Source: Planctomycetaceae bacterium (GTDB lineage Bacteria; Planctomycetota; PLA2). Taken from it: a stretch of DNA of 64,000 nucleotides. The notes under the pieces are model-generated. The model made no database searches and had not been told where the DNA came from. It worked only from the letters and a program-made list of their open reading frames with translations. Shown piece by piece: positions 7,953 to 17,077 of this stretch (positions within the stretch are counted from its first letter, which is position 1; each line of letters begins with the position of its first letter). The DNA lies in the NCBI GenBank assembly GCA_052388375.1, contig JBQTIG010000035.1, positions 3,166 through 67,165 on the forward strand, written 5' to 3'. A program made the translations under genes and the position numbers.

Positions 7953-10190
7953 CTACTCCCGCGCCAGGACCCGGGAGCGGCGGATGGCGTAGGCGCCCAT
8001 CTCGAGCGCGCTCTCCCGCACGTACCCGTAGCGCGCTTCCAGGTTGGCGAGGGTGGTCTCCACCCGCTCCTTGCGCTCCGGCGAGAGGTACTCGAACGCG
8101 GGGGTGCCGGTCACCAGCAGATCGTCCTCGACCTGCCGGATCGTCTCCTTGCGCCGCTGGTAGAAATCCTCCTTGAGCGCCCGGAGGATCTCGGGGAAGA
8201 GCCCGCGGAAATTCACCTTCTCCCCGGCGCGGCTCACCGACCAGGCGCCCACCTTGGCGATGAGATTCTGGCGGAAGAGGTCGATGTCGCGACCGGTGGG
8301 AAGAAGTCGCTCCACGCTGTCGAGCACCGTGGGATCGGGGTTCGTGCCCTCCCCCGAGAGCGGGTCGCTCACCTTCGTGCGGCGCACGTAGGCGATCACG
8401 TGGTGGAAGTAGCGCTCGAAGCGCCGGTCGTATTCCGCCTCCTCGATGAGCCCCATCGCTTCCCGCGTCTCCCGCGCCACGACCCGGACCAGGGCGCGCT
8501 CGACGTCCTCCACGAACCGCGCGGGGTCGTTGTAGCCACCGCGGGGCTCCAGCTTGAGGAAGTCGTGCACCGTCTTGTCGCGCACCAGGTTGCGCAGTTC
8601 GGCCAGGACCGTGATGGGGGTGAAGCACTTCGATTCGGTGCGATAGGAGGCGTCGAGGAGGATCGTCTTCATCTCCCGGGGCGAGGCGCCGAACCGCCCC
8701 TCGTAGACCGGCCCGTCGCGGAATTCTCCGGCGAGGCGCTCCAGGTTGGCGCGCAGGAGCTTCACGTCCTCCGGCGAAAGGTCTTCGAGGTCGCTGGGGT
8801 CCTTCCCCTGGTAGAGAAGCGCCTTCGCCAGCGGCGTAAGCCGCGCCACCACGGACTTGAGCGGCTCCTCGTAGTGCGCCGGGTCGGGCCTCCAGAGGCG
8901 CGTCAGGACCGCCCAGAGCGCCGCCGAGCGCGCCGCGTGAGGGGCGAGGTGCATCCGCCGCCGGATGCCCGCGAGCTGGTCGCGGTAGATCTCCATCTCC
9001 TTCTCGTACTCCAGCAGGTAGGGCACGAGCACCAGCTCCATGCGCCCCTTGAAGGAGGTGAAGTTGGGATCGGTCTTGAAGGCGTCGAGCTGCTTTTCGT
9101 TGGCGGAGCCGATCATGACCAGATCCACGTAGGCCATCGCCCCGGGGATCCGGAGCGTGCCCTTCTCGGTGGTGGTCAGCAGATACTTGTTGAGCTCCAG
9201 CGGACGCTTGAGGATGTCGCTGAACTCCACGAGGCCCCGATTGGCGTCGACGAGGTCGCCGCCCACCTCGTAGAGACGGAGGTTCTGCAGCGCCGGCGGC
9301 AGGTTGACCAGGGTCATGTCGGCGGTCGCCTGGCGCGCCTCCGCGTCCACGTGCATCTGCGGCTCGATGGTGACCGCCGCCGTGCGGTACCGGCGACTCA
9401 CGTAGAACCGCTCCACGCGAACGTAGCGCATCACCCGCTTCCAGTCCCCTTGATGCGCCGTCATGAGCGCATCGAAGAAGGCGCGCGACTTCGTGCCCAG
9501 GTCCCCGCGGAGGATGTGGCGGAAGGGGAAGTCCGGGACTCCCTTGCAGACGTCGCGCAGGTACTCCTCCCGGTGCTCCCTGGGAATCAGGAGGGCCGGG
9601 TTGGTCTTCATGTCGGACGGGACGATGGTGGCGATCTCCTCCGGCGGGAGGAAGGCGTAACTCTCCGTGCCCTCCGGCGACCGGCGGACCGCCCCTTGGA
9701 AGCCGAGGCCCCTGCCGTCCACCTCCGCCTTGGGAAAGACCCAGGCGAAGCGGTAGAGCGCCCCCTCCGGCGTGTGCGAGTAGGCCTCCAGCCCCTTGAA
9801 GATCATGTCGGCGATGGAGGACTTCGAGGAGCCGTTCGGCCCGTGCATGAGGATGAGCTTGTCGGCGCGCCCCTCCTGCGCGAAGTTGCGGACGATCCGG
9901 TAGACCTGATCGCACGCCGCCTCCTGCCCGACCACCCGCTGGCCCTCGGGGTCGCCGGGGACGCCGTCGAACAACTGGTGGCGCACGCGCTTGCGCCCGA
10001 GAGACTCCACCTCCCGCCAGCCGAAGTGGTCGAACATGTCCCGCACGTACTGGGCGGAGGAGCGCAGGAGCCGGTAGGGATGCCGCCGCAGCTCCTCCAG
10101 CCACGCCTCGTAGGCGAGGATGCGCTTCTCGCCGGAGAATGCCTCCCGGAGCTTTGTTGCCAGGCGGTCCGTGTCGTGCGGTTCGTGCAT
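7953..10190 (-). CDS. PrkA/YeaG-family AAA+ serine protein kinase
   Basis: 'ILMHGPNGSSKS', 'GALYRFAW', 'ANRGLVEFSDILKRP' and 'FGASPREMK'. ATG at 10190 chosen as start. Confidence 0.85.
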   Translation of the reverse strand: MHEPHDTDRLATKLREAFSGEKRILAYEAWLEELRRHPYRLLRSSAQYVRDMFDHFGWREVESLGRKRVRHQLFDGVPGDPEGQRVVGQEAACDQVYRIVRNFAQEGRADKLILMHGPNGSSKSSIADMIFKGLEAYSHTPEGALYRFAWVFPKAEVDGRGLGFQGAVRRSPEGTESYAFLPPEEIATIVPSDMKTNPALLIPREHREEYLRDVCKGVPDFPFRHILRGDLGTKSRAFFDALMTAHQGDWKRVMRYVRVERFYVSRRYRTAAVTIEPQMHVDAEARQATADMTLVNLPPALQNLRLYEVGGDLVDANRGLVEFSDILKRPLELNKYLLTTTEKGTLRIPGAMAYVDLVMIGSANEKQLDAFKTDPNFTSFKGRMELVLVPYLLEYEKEMEIYRDQLAGIRRRMHLAPHAARSAALWAVLTRLWRPDPAHYEEPLKSVVARLTPLAKALLYQGKDPSDLEDLSPEDVKLLRANLERLAGEFRDGPVYEGRFGASPREMKTILLDASYRTESKCFTPITVLAELRNLVRDKTVHDFLKLEPRGGYNDPARFVEDVERALVRVVARETREAMGLIEEAEYDRRFERYFHHVIAYVRRTKVSDPLSGEGTNPDPTVLDSVERLLPTGRDIDLFRQNLIAKVGAWSVSRAGEKVNFRGLFPEILRALKEDFYQRRKETIRQVEDDLLVTGTPAFEYLSPERKERVETTLANLEARYGYVRESALEMGAYAIRRSRVLARE

Positions 10191-10370
10191 CGCCAACAGT
10201 TCCGGGGCGATCCTACCAGCCCCCGGGGCCGCATCCGGGCTCACCCCCCCGCTCCGGCCCCACCCGGCGCGTTACGTCCGATAATATTTCTTATGGTGTG
10301 TTGACCGCGATGGGGGCCCTAGGCCAGGGCGGAGCCCTCAGTGCGGAGCCGATGGAGCGCCCCAGCCCTC

Positions 10371-11387
10371 CTAGCCCGCCTCCGGTCCGCCGCGGCCGAA
10401 CGCCCCGGGAGGCAGCGGCCCCTGCGGCCCCGCGTGGCCGGGGACCGCTTCGGCGTCGTAGCCCCGCCGCCGGAGATCGGCCGAGAACTCCGCCGCGTAG
10501 CCGTGCAGGACGAAGACCTTGCGCGGCTGCACCGCGTTAACGAACGCGATCAGGCCGTCGTAGTCGCTGTGGTCGGAGAGACGGAAGACGACCGGCGCGT
10601 CCGGACCTCGCGCCATCTCTCCCCAGCCGGTCACCGCCGCGACGCGCAACGGGGAGGCGCTGGTGATCTCCGGGGCTCGCGCGAAACGCGGCGGAACCAC
10701 GATGGCGCGGCGCCCCGGGCGGGCGCCGGAGAGGCGGGTCGCGCGGGGGAAACCGATGCCGAAGGCCCGGTAGACCGCGCAGAGGTTCCAGATGCTGCCG
10801 TGGGCCGCCACCGGCACGCCGGCGTCGCAGAGCGCCTTCATCACCTCTTGCGCCTTTCCCAGGGCATAGGCGAGAAAGACCGGAGTCGCGCCGCCGGCCA
10901 GGGTTTCCCGCGCGAACGACACGAGGCTGGCGCGCGTTTCCGCGGCGTCCGCGAACCGATGCTCGGGCCGCCCGAAGGTGGACTCGGTGATGAGGAGGTC
11001 GGCTCGCGGGGGGGCTGCGGGGGGGCAGGTGAGGCCTCCCTCCATCCGGAGGTCGCCGCTGTAGAGGAGCGACCCGCCGGGTCCCTCGATGTGAACCAGG
11101 GCCGAGCCGAGGATGTGGCCCGCCGGGAAGAGCGTCACCCTCAGGTCCCCCACCGGGACCCCCTCGCCGTAGGGCGCGGTGAGGAACCGCGGGCCGGGGC
11201 CGCTCCTTCGGCGGACGAGGGCCGCCGTCTCGCGCGTGCAGAGGATGCAGGCGTGGCGTGCGACGTGGTCCCCGTGGGCGTGCGAAACGACGCCGAAGCT
11301 CTTGGCGCGGCGCGCGTCGAGCCAGAGGAGTCCTCCCTCCACCTCCACGCCCTCGGCGTGGAAGGCGACGCGCGGGGGCGCGGTCAC
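10371..11387 (-). CDS. Metallo-beta-lactamase-fold (beta-CASP-like) nuclease, similar to the ligase-associated DNA damage exonuclease
   Basis: SHAHGDH, PAGHILGSA, YSGD, ESTFG, YALGKAQE and LSDHSD. GTG start overlaps the speB stop. Confidence 0.85.
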   Translation of the reverse strand: MTAPPRVAFHAEGVEVEGGLLWLDARRAKSFGVVSHAHGDHVARHACILCTRETAALVRRRSGPGPRFLTAPYGEGVPVGDLRVTLFPAGHILGSALVHIEGPGGSLLYSGDLRMEGGLTCPPAAPPRADLLITESTFGRPEHRFADAAETRASLVSFARETLAGGATPVFLAYALGKAQEVMKALCDAGVPVAAHGSIWNLCAVYRAFGIGFPRATRLSGARPGRRAIVVPPRFARAPEITSASPLRVAAVTGWGEMARGPDAPVVFRLSDHSDYDGLIAFVNAVQPRKVFVLHGYAAEFSADLRRRGYDAEAVPGHAGPQGPLPPGAFGRGGPEAG

Positions 11388-12265
11388 GTCGCCGACCCGG
11401 CGAGATAGGCGAGCATCTTCATGACGAGGCGGGCGGCGGCGAAGTCGGAGAGGGGCGACGAGGGTTCCGGGAGCAGCTCGACCACGTCGAAGGCGACCAC
11501 CCGGCGCCGGGCCGCGACCTCGCGCAGGAGCGCGAGCGCATCCCACCAAAGAAGCCCGCCCGGCTCCGGCGTGCCGGTGCCGGGGACGACGGAGGGGTCG
11601 AGCCCATCCAGGTCGACCGAGACGTAGACGAACTCCGGCAGGGTTTCGAGCACCGCCGCGATCCAGGCCGCGCGCTTCTGCGTCGCCAGTGCGAACGCGA
11701 AAAAAGGGCGCACGCGCGGGTCGCGCTGGGCCTCGCGGTCCTCCGGCGAGACCGCTCGGAGCCCCACCTGGGTTAGGCGCGCCACCCGCGCGTCTTCGAG
11801 GACGCGGCGCATCACACAGCCGTGGCCGAATCGGGTGCCCTCGTAGGAGTCGCGCAGATCGGGGTGCGCGTCGATCTGCAGGATGCCGAGACCGGGGTGG
11901 CGCGCGGCCGCGGCCCGGATGGCACCGAGGGAGACGGAGTGCTCCCCCCCGAGGGTGCCCACGATGCGGCCGGCCTGGAGGTGCGGGGCGACCTCGGCCT
12001 GGAGCAGGTCCGCGAGGGCGTCCGGCATGCCGGCGCAGGAGACCGGCGGGAGCGTCGCCACCCCCCCCGCCAGGGGGTCGGCGCCCATCTCCTCGTCGTA
12101 GAGCTCCACCTGCGCGGATGCGCGGAGGAGCGCGGAGGGCCCCCGGGCGGTGCCCTTGCGATAGGTTGTGGTCCGCTCGTAGGGGACCGGGAGCAGCACG
12201 CAGCGGGCTCGATGGGGCGGGACGGCGGGAAGATCATCCCCGCCGAATCGGGGATCTCCGGTCAT
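11384..12265 (-). CDS. speB: Agmatinase (ureohydrolase)
   Basis: GGEHS, DAHPDLR and SVDLDGLDPS...GTGTPEPGG. Confidence 0.9.
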   Translation of the reverse strand: MTGDPRFGGDDLPAVPPHRARCVLLPVPYERTTTYRKGTARGPSALLRASAQVELYDEEMGADPLAGGVATLPPVSCAGMPDALADLLQAEVAPHLQAGRIVGTLGGEHSVSLGAIRAAAARHPGLGILQIDAHPDLRDSYEGTRFGHGCVMRRVLEDARVARLTQVGLRAVSPEDREAQRDPRVRPFFAFALATQKRAAWIAAVLETLPEFVYVSVDLDGLDPSVVPGTGTPEPGGLLWWDALALLREVAARRRVVAFDVVELLPEPSSPLSDFAAARLVMKMLAYLAGSAT

Positions 12266-13329
12266 GCGGGCATCTCGCCGGTGTCGGTCTCGTCCTGCGG
12301 CGCGCTCCGCGTGAGCGCATGGGTCAGGGTCTTCTTGGCTTTCACGGCATCCAGAAAGAGATCGGTGACCGCCATGATCACCTCCTGGCGGGTCCGCTTG
12401 TCCGCGGCGCCCAGCGGGATCTGGCCGCCGGCCATGCGCCCATGCCCGCCCGCGCTCCCCAGCACCCCCACCGTCTTGCGCGCCACGTTGCCGGCGTGGG
12501 CGTTGCGATCGGAGGCGCGGAAGCTGAGGTGCAGGACGTTCTGGTAGATCGCCGTCACGAGCGTCCAGCGCAGGTCCTCGCAGCGGAGGAGGAAGTCCGC
12601 CATCTCCGCGACCATGTCGGGATTGTCGATCCGCCCCAGATGGGAGACGCAGGCGAAGTCGTAGACGAGCGCGTTGCGGATGGCGCGCATGAAGACGACG
12701 AAGTAGTTGGGGGGCACGCGGGCGTGCTCGATGCGCGACAGGAGCGCGTTGTCCGCCTGCACCAGGAGGTCGCGATACGCCTCGAGATCGGCAGGCGTCG
12801 CTTCCTCGCCCAGGTCGTGGGTGTCGGACTTGATGCCGTAGAGCAGCGCGGTCGCGCAGAGAGGACTGAGGGGGATGCGGTTCTTCAGGAAGAATTCCGC
12901 CACGATGGTGCAGGTAGCCCCCAGCGGCCGCCCCACGTCCCAGTAGAGCACCCGCTCGTTCTCCACGCGTGCCGGATGGTGGTCGATCACCACCTCCGGC
13001 GTGCGACCCTCGGGCACGGAGGTGTGACCGAAGCCCGGCTGGGTATCCACCAGGGTGAGGAGATCGCAGGCCGTGTAGTCCACCTTGTGCGCCGGCACGA
13101 TCTCGATGCGCAAGAGGCGGAGCATCGTCCGATTCTCGGCGCGGCCCACGATGCCGCCGAACACGATCCGCGCCTCGATGTCCAGATAGCGCCGGTAGAG
13201 CGCCTGCATCCCCACCGCCGAGCCGATGGCGTCGGGGTCCGGGTTGTTGTGGACCAGGATGAGCGCGTTCCGTCGCCCGCGGATCGCCCGGAGCAGCGCC
13301 GGCAGGCGCGGATCGCGCCCGTTGTTCAT
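12262..13329 (-). CDS. DHH/DHHA1 phosphoesterase (NrnA-like)
   Basis: HNNPDPDAIGS, LVDT, IDHH, GIKSDT and AGGHGRMAGG. ATG at 13329 overlaps the pepA stop. Confidence 0.85.
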   Translation of the reverse strand: MNNGRDPRLPALLRAIRGRRNALILVHNNPDPDAIGSAVGMQALYRRYLDIEARIVFGGIVGRAENRTMLRLLRIEIVPAHKVDYTACDLLTLVDTQPGFGHTSVPEGRTPEVVIDHHPARVENERVLYWDVGRPLGATCTIVAEFFLKNRIPLSPLCATALLYGIKSDTHDLGEEATPADLEAYRDLLVQADNALLSRIEHARVPPNYFVVFMRAIRNALVYDFACVSHLGRIDNPDMVAEMADFLLRCEDLRWTLVTAIYQNVLHLSFRASDRNAHAGNVARKTVGVLGSAGGHGRMAGGQIPLGAADKRTRQEVIMAVTDLFLDAVKAKKTLTHALTRSAPQDETDTGEMPA

Positions 13330-14795
13330 CGCGCCTCCGCGCGGCCGAGCAGGAACTCGAGGAGGAGGCGCACGCCGAAGCCCGTGGCGCCTTTCCTGCG
13401 ATAGCCTTCGTCCCGGTCGCCCCAGGCCGTCCCGGCGATGTCGAGGTGCGCCCAGCGCGCCTTGCCCGCGAAATGCTTGAGGAAGGCCGCCGCGGTGCAG
13501 GCCCCCGCGCTCCTCCCCCCGCTGTTCTTCAGGTCGGCGTAGGCGGACTGCACCGCCTTCTCGTGAGGCGGCAGGATCGGCAGGGGCCAGGGAATCTCCC
13601 CCGATCGCGCGCCCGCCTCCTCGAGCTCCTGCGACAGCTTCGTGTCGTTGCCGAAGAGCCCGCAGGCCGCGTCTCCCAGGGCGACGACACAGGCCCCCGT
13701 CAGGGTGGCCAGGTCCACGATGCAGTCGGGCTTCTTCTCGGCGGCGTAGACGATCGTGTCGCAGAGGAGCATCCGGCCCTCGGCGTCCGTCGAGATGATC
13801 TCGATGGTGGTGCCGTCCCGGGCCCGCACGATGTCGGACGGGCGATAGGCGTTCCCCGACGGCATGTTGTCGGCGGCCGGGACGTAGGCGCTCACGTTGA
13901 TCTTGGGGCGCAACGCGCGAAGAGCGTGCATCGCGCCGAACACGGCGGCGGCGCCGCACATGTCGAACTTCATCTCCTCCATCGACTGGGCGGGCTTGAT
14001 GGAGATGCCTCCGGTGTCGAAGGTGACGCCCTTGCCCACCAGGGCCACGGCGGGCGCGCGCGCCCCGCCGCCGCGGTAATGCATCTCCACGAGCCGCGGC
14101 TCGGTGTCGCTCCCCTGCGCGACGGCCAGGAAGGCCCCCATGCGCAGGCGCCGCAGCGCGGCCCGGTTGTGGACGCGGACGCGCAGGCGCGGCCCGGCCA
14201 GTTCCTGGGCGCGGGCCGCGAGGTAGGAGGGCGTCGCGATGTTGGGGGGAAGGTTTCCCAGATCCCTCGCGAACGCGACCGCCTCCACCGTCGCCTGGGC
14301 CCGAGTGACGGCGGAAGCGAAGCCTTCCTCGCGCCGCGCCTCGGGCGCGATCGAAGCCGACTGCAGCTTTTGGGGCTTCTTCTTCTTCTGCAGCCTGTCG
14401 AAGCGATAGAGCGCGAGGCCGATCCCCTCGGCGATCGCCGCGGCCCGCGCCGGCCCCTCCCCCCCCGAAGGGACGAGAAACGTCGCGCGGCCCAGCCCAC
14501 GGGCGTCGAGGACCCGGGCCGCGGCGGCCGCGCTGGTCCGGAAGAGCTCCAGGTCGGGTTTCGTGGCGTCGCCCAGTCCCACCAGGAGGAGGCGCCGGCC
14601 CTTCGCTCCTCCATGCAGGAGGAGGGTCTCCCCCCGCTCCCCCGCGAACTCCTTCCGGGCCGCGGCAGCCGCCGCGCGGAGGGCGGGATCCGGAACGGGG
14701 AGCCGCGCCCGATCCTGTGCGGCCTTTCCCCGGAAGAGGACGAAGGCATCGGTGGGATGGGCGGCCCCGGGGGCGCCTTGGGCGTGGAAGCGCAT
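13326..14795 (-). CDS. pepA: Leucyl aminopeptidase (M17)
   Basis: VGKGVTFDTGG, MKFDMCG, STDAEGR and WAHLDIAG. Confidence 0.95.
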   Translation of the reverse strand: MRFHAQGAPGAAHPTDAFVLFRGKAAQDRARLPVPDPALRAAAAAARKEFAGERGETLLLHGGAKGRRLLLVGLGDATKPDLELFRTSAAAAARVLDARGLGRATFLVPSGGEGPARAAAIAEGIGLALYRFDRLQKKKKPQKLQSASIAPEARREEGFASAVTRAQATVEAVAFARDLGNLPPNIATPSYLAARAQELAGPRLRVRVHNRAALRRLRMGAFLAVAQGSDTEPRLVEMHYRGGGARAPAVALVGKGVTFDTGGISIKPAQSMEEMKFDMCGAAAVFGAMHALRALRPKINVSAYVPAADNMPSGNAYRPSDIVRARDGTTIEIISTDAEGRMLLCDTIVYAAEKKPDCIVDLATLTGACVVALGDAACGLFGNDTKLSQELEEAGARSGEIPWPLPILPPHEKAVQSAYADLKNSGGRSAGACTAAAFLKHFAGKARWAHLDIAGTAWGDRDEGYRRKGATGFGVRLLLEFLLGRAEAR

Positions 14796-14853
14796 GCGGG
14801 CGGGGATTGTACGGCCGGGAGGGCCTCCCGGCCATGCGGCGGGACGGGGGGGT

Positions 14854-15216
14854 CTACTCGTCGCCGCGCCGGTAGCCCAGACCGACGAAGATCCTGTAGA
14901 TCTCGCTCCAGGTCGGGAAGGGGCGCTGCTGCCGGGTCTTGTAGTCGTTCACGGCATTGATGAACTCGAGCACATCCGCTTCGAGGACATACTCGTTGAT
15001 GCGCCGTTCGACCTTGCGTCGCTCCCCCGCGGGGCCGGCGTGGCGCCGGTCCTTGCCGGATCGGCGCTCTACGGAGACCGCGACATCCTCCTTGCGCCGC
15101 TCGCCTCGCTCCCGGCGATCCGCCCCAGCACGCCGGTCCAGGCCGGTTTCGCGACGCTCCTGCGAAGTCGCCAGCTCACCGTCCGGAAGCTTTTTCTCGG
15201 TCATGGCGCAGTTCAT
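14854..15216 (-). CDS. Small hypothetical protein with eight [D/E]RR repeats and a conserved-looking C-terminal helical domain
   Basis: ERR/DRR occurs 8 times, then 'EFINAVNDYK...RPFPTWSEI...LGY'. Start could be 15216 or 15204. Confidence 0.7.
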   Translation of the reverse strand: MNCAMTEKKLPDGELATSQERRETGLDRRAGADRRERGERRKEDVAVSVERRSGKDRRHAGPAGERRKVERRINEYVLEADVLEFINAVNDYKTRQQRPFPTWSEIYRIFVGLGYRRGDE

Positions 15217-17077
15217 CCAGCCGTATCGTTATCGGCCCGGTACGCTCCCCCTCTTTAACCGCATGCCGGCCGAGGGAGCGCCTCTCCGGCTCCCCGTCGG
15301 GCCCCGGCAGCAGCGCAGTCGCCTCGTAGGAGCCGGGGCGCAGGGCGTGGCCATCCCCCATCCATGCGAACTCTCCCGCCCTTCCCTCCTCCAGGAGCAG
15401 GATCGGAGGCGGGGAGACCCGCACGGCGCGCCCCTCCACCTCGTCGAAGCAGTGGAACTCCAGGAACCCCTCGCCGTAGACCGTCAGATCCACCTGGGCG
15501 AATCCACGGCCCGCCTCCATCTCCACGGCGACCGGGTCGGTGGTGCGCGAGTCGCTCTCGGGCCAGAGGAAGAAGGAGCCCGCCGGCACTCCGGTGAGGC
15601 GGTAGCTCCCGTCCGCGCTGCAGTGGGCGCGGCGCACCACGTCCCAGCCCTGGCCCACCTTCCGTCCCAGGTGAACCACGACGCTCCGCTGCAGGGCGCG
15701 GCCGCTGGAAAGCCGCACGGTGCCCGCGATCTCGGCGCCCGGACGCAGGGTGATCGTGCCCACGTCCACTTCGCGATCCTGCCCCACCTCCACCGGGTCG
15801 AGCACCTCGTCCTGGTAGGGGGCGTAGATGGCCACGAGGCGGTAGCTGCCCTCGCGCACGTCGGGCACGCGGAATTCGCCTTTGGCGCCGAAGGCGGAGC
15901 GCTGGTGCTGGAGGTCGCCGCTCTTCTCCTCGAGGCGCACGAAGAAGCGCTCCACCGGCTTGCCGTCCGGCTCCAGCACCTTGCCTTTCACGATTCCGGT
16001 GCGGCGCAGATGGAAGACCACCTCCTCTCCCGGCGCGTAGAGGCGCACGTCGTCGGGCATGATGACGCCGCTGTTCCAGTCGAGCACCGTCACCTGGAAG
16101 CGCGGCTCCTCCAGGACCTGGCCTCCCAGGCCGTTGAAGCGCGCGATCCCCTTCGCGTCGGTGCGTCGGGTGAGTCCCGTGGAGGTCCGCGGGAGCGGAT
16201 CGTTGATGGGGATCGCCTTCACCTCGATCCCCTCCACCGGCTCGTTCGTCCCGCGCCAGAGGACCCTGGCGACGAGGCCGAAGCCCCCGTCGAGACGTTT
16301 CGTGCCCAGGTCCCGCACCGTGCCGTACTGGAGCGGCGGCTCGGCCGTCCAGGGCGCGGGAAGGTAGCCGTCGGCGTAGACCTCCACCGTGAAGAGTCCG
16401 GGCGGCAGGTCCGTGATCTCGAATCGACCGTCGCCGCCGGTGGTCCTCTTGTAGAGGTCGCGCCGGAAATACTGGAAGACCTGGGAGAGCGTGCCCTGGG
16501 GCGTGTACTCGATGCGCACGTCGGGGGCGGGGGTTCCGTCGGGAAACAGGACGCGTCCGCGGATCTCCGCGGCGGGGTAGAGCCGGATCGTGTGGGTCTC
16601 GCTGAACCGCGCCCGCGCGACGCTCGCGAATGCGTAGCCCTTGCGCTCCACCCAGAGATTCCAGTAGTCCGGCGGAAGGTCCTCGATGGCGAACGTGCCG
16701 TCGGGTCCGGAGACGGTGCGCCTGGACGCCTCCTCCGTCATGATTCCCCAGAGCGGCACGCTCTCCCCGCGCCGACGCGGCGAGAGATCGGGGCGCACGG
16801 GCAGGATCGTCGCGCCGGGAAGCGGCTGCTCGGTGCTGCCGTCGATCACCTTCCCGAGGAGGGTGCCGGCCTGTTTGCTCGCCTCCTGAGTCGGGGGCGG
16901 CATGCTCACCACTTCACGCAGCGGAGCCTCCGTCGTCGTCAGCTCGGGCTTGGGTTCCGGGCGGAAGAGCAGCACGAGGAGAAGCGCCAGTCCGGCCAGG
17001 GCGCCGAAGAGGCCGAAGAACACGAGAAGTCGGGTCTGCATCGATCCGTTCGCCGGCCCGAAGGGCTCGCTCCTCAC
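15176..17077 (-). CDS. Membrane-anchored carboxypeptidase-regulatory-like (prealbumin-fold) repeat protein
   Basis: N-terminal TM helix and repeated 'GxVxxxdGxP...DGxFxIxDLPPG' beta modules. Confidence 0.75.
   Translation of the reverse strand: MRSEPFGPANGSMQTRLLVFFGLFGALAGLALLLVLLFRPEPKPELTTTEAPLREVVSMPPPTQEASKQAGTLLGKVIDGSTEQPLPGATILPVRPDLSPRRRGESVPLWGIMTEEASRRTVSGPDGTFAIEDLPPDYWNLWVERKGYAFASVARARFSETHTIRLYPAAEIRGRVLFPDGTPAPDVRIEYTPQGTLSQVFQYFRRDLYKRTTGGDGRFEITDLPPGLFTVEVYADGYLPAPWTAEPPLQYGTVRDLGTKRLDGGFGLVARVLWRGTNEPVEGIEVKAIPINDPLPRTSTGLTRRTDAKGIARFNGLGGQVLEEPRFQVTVLDWNSGVIMPDDVRLYAPGEEVVFHLRRTGIVKGKVLEPDGKPVERFFVRLEEKSGDLQHQRSAFGAKGEFRVPDVREGSYRLVAIYAPYQDEVLDPVEVGQDREVDVGTITLRPGAEIAGTVRLSSGRALQRSVVVHLGRKVGQGWDVVRRAHCSADGSYRLTGVPAGSFFLWPESDSRTTDPVAVEMEAGRGFAQVDLTVYGEGFLEFHCFDEVEGRAVRVSPPPILLLEEGRAGEFAWMGDGHALRPGSYEATALLPGPDGEPERRSLGRHAVKEGERTGPITIRLDELRHDREKASGR

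Noticed and set aside
7108-10304. Very long alternative ORFs (998 aa at 7108-10104 and 957 aa at 7431-10304)
   Set aside because: Off-frame or antisense shadows of prkA, expected at this GC content; Arg/Gly/Pro-rich with no motifs.
12262-14835. Apparent long fusion ORFs (857-aa DHH; also extended dinB, fabG, fabD, recA, nfeD and DUF1800)
   Set aside because: The N-terminal extensions are stop-free read-back through upstream genes; true starts lie at stop/start overlaps or after promoters.
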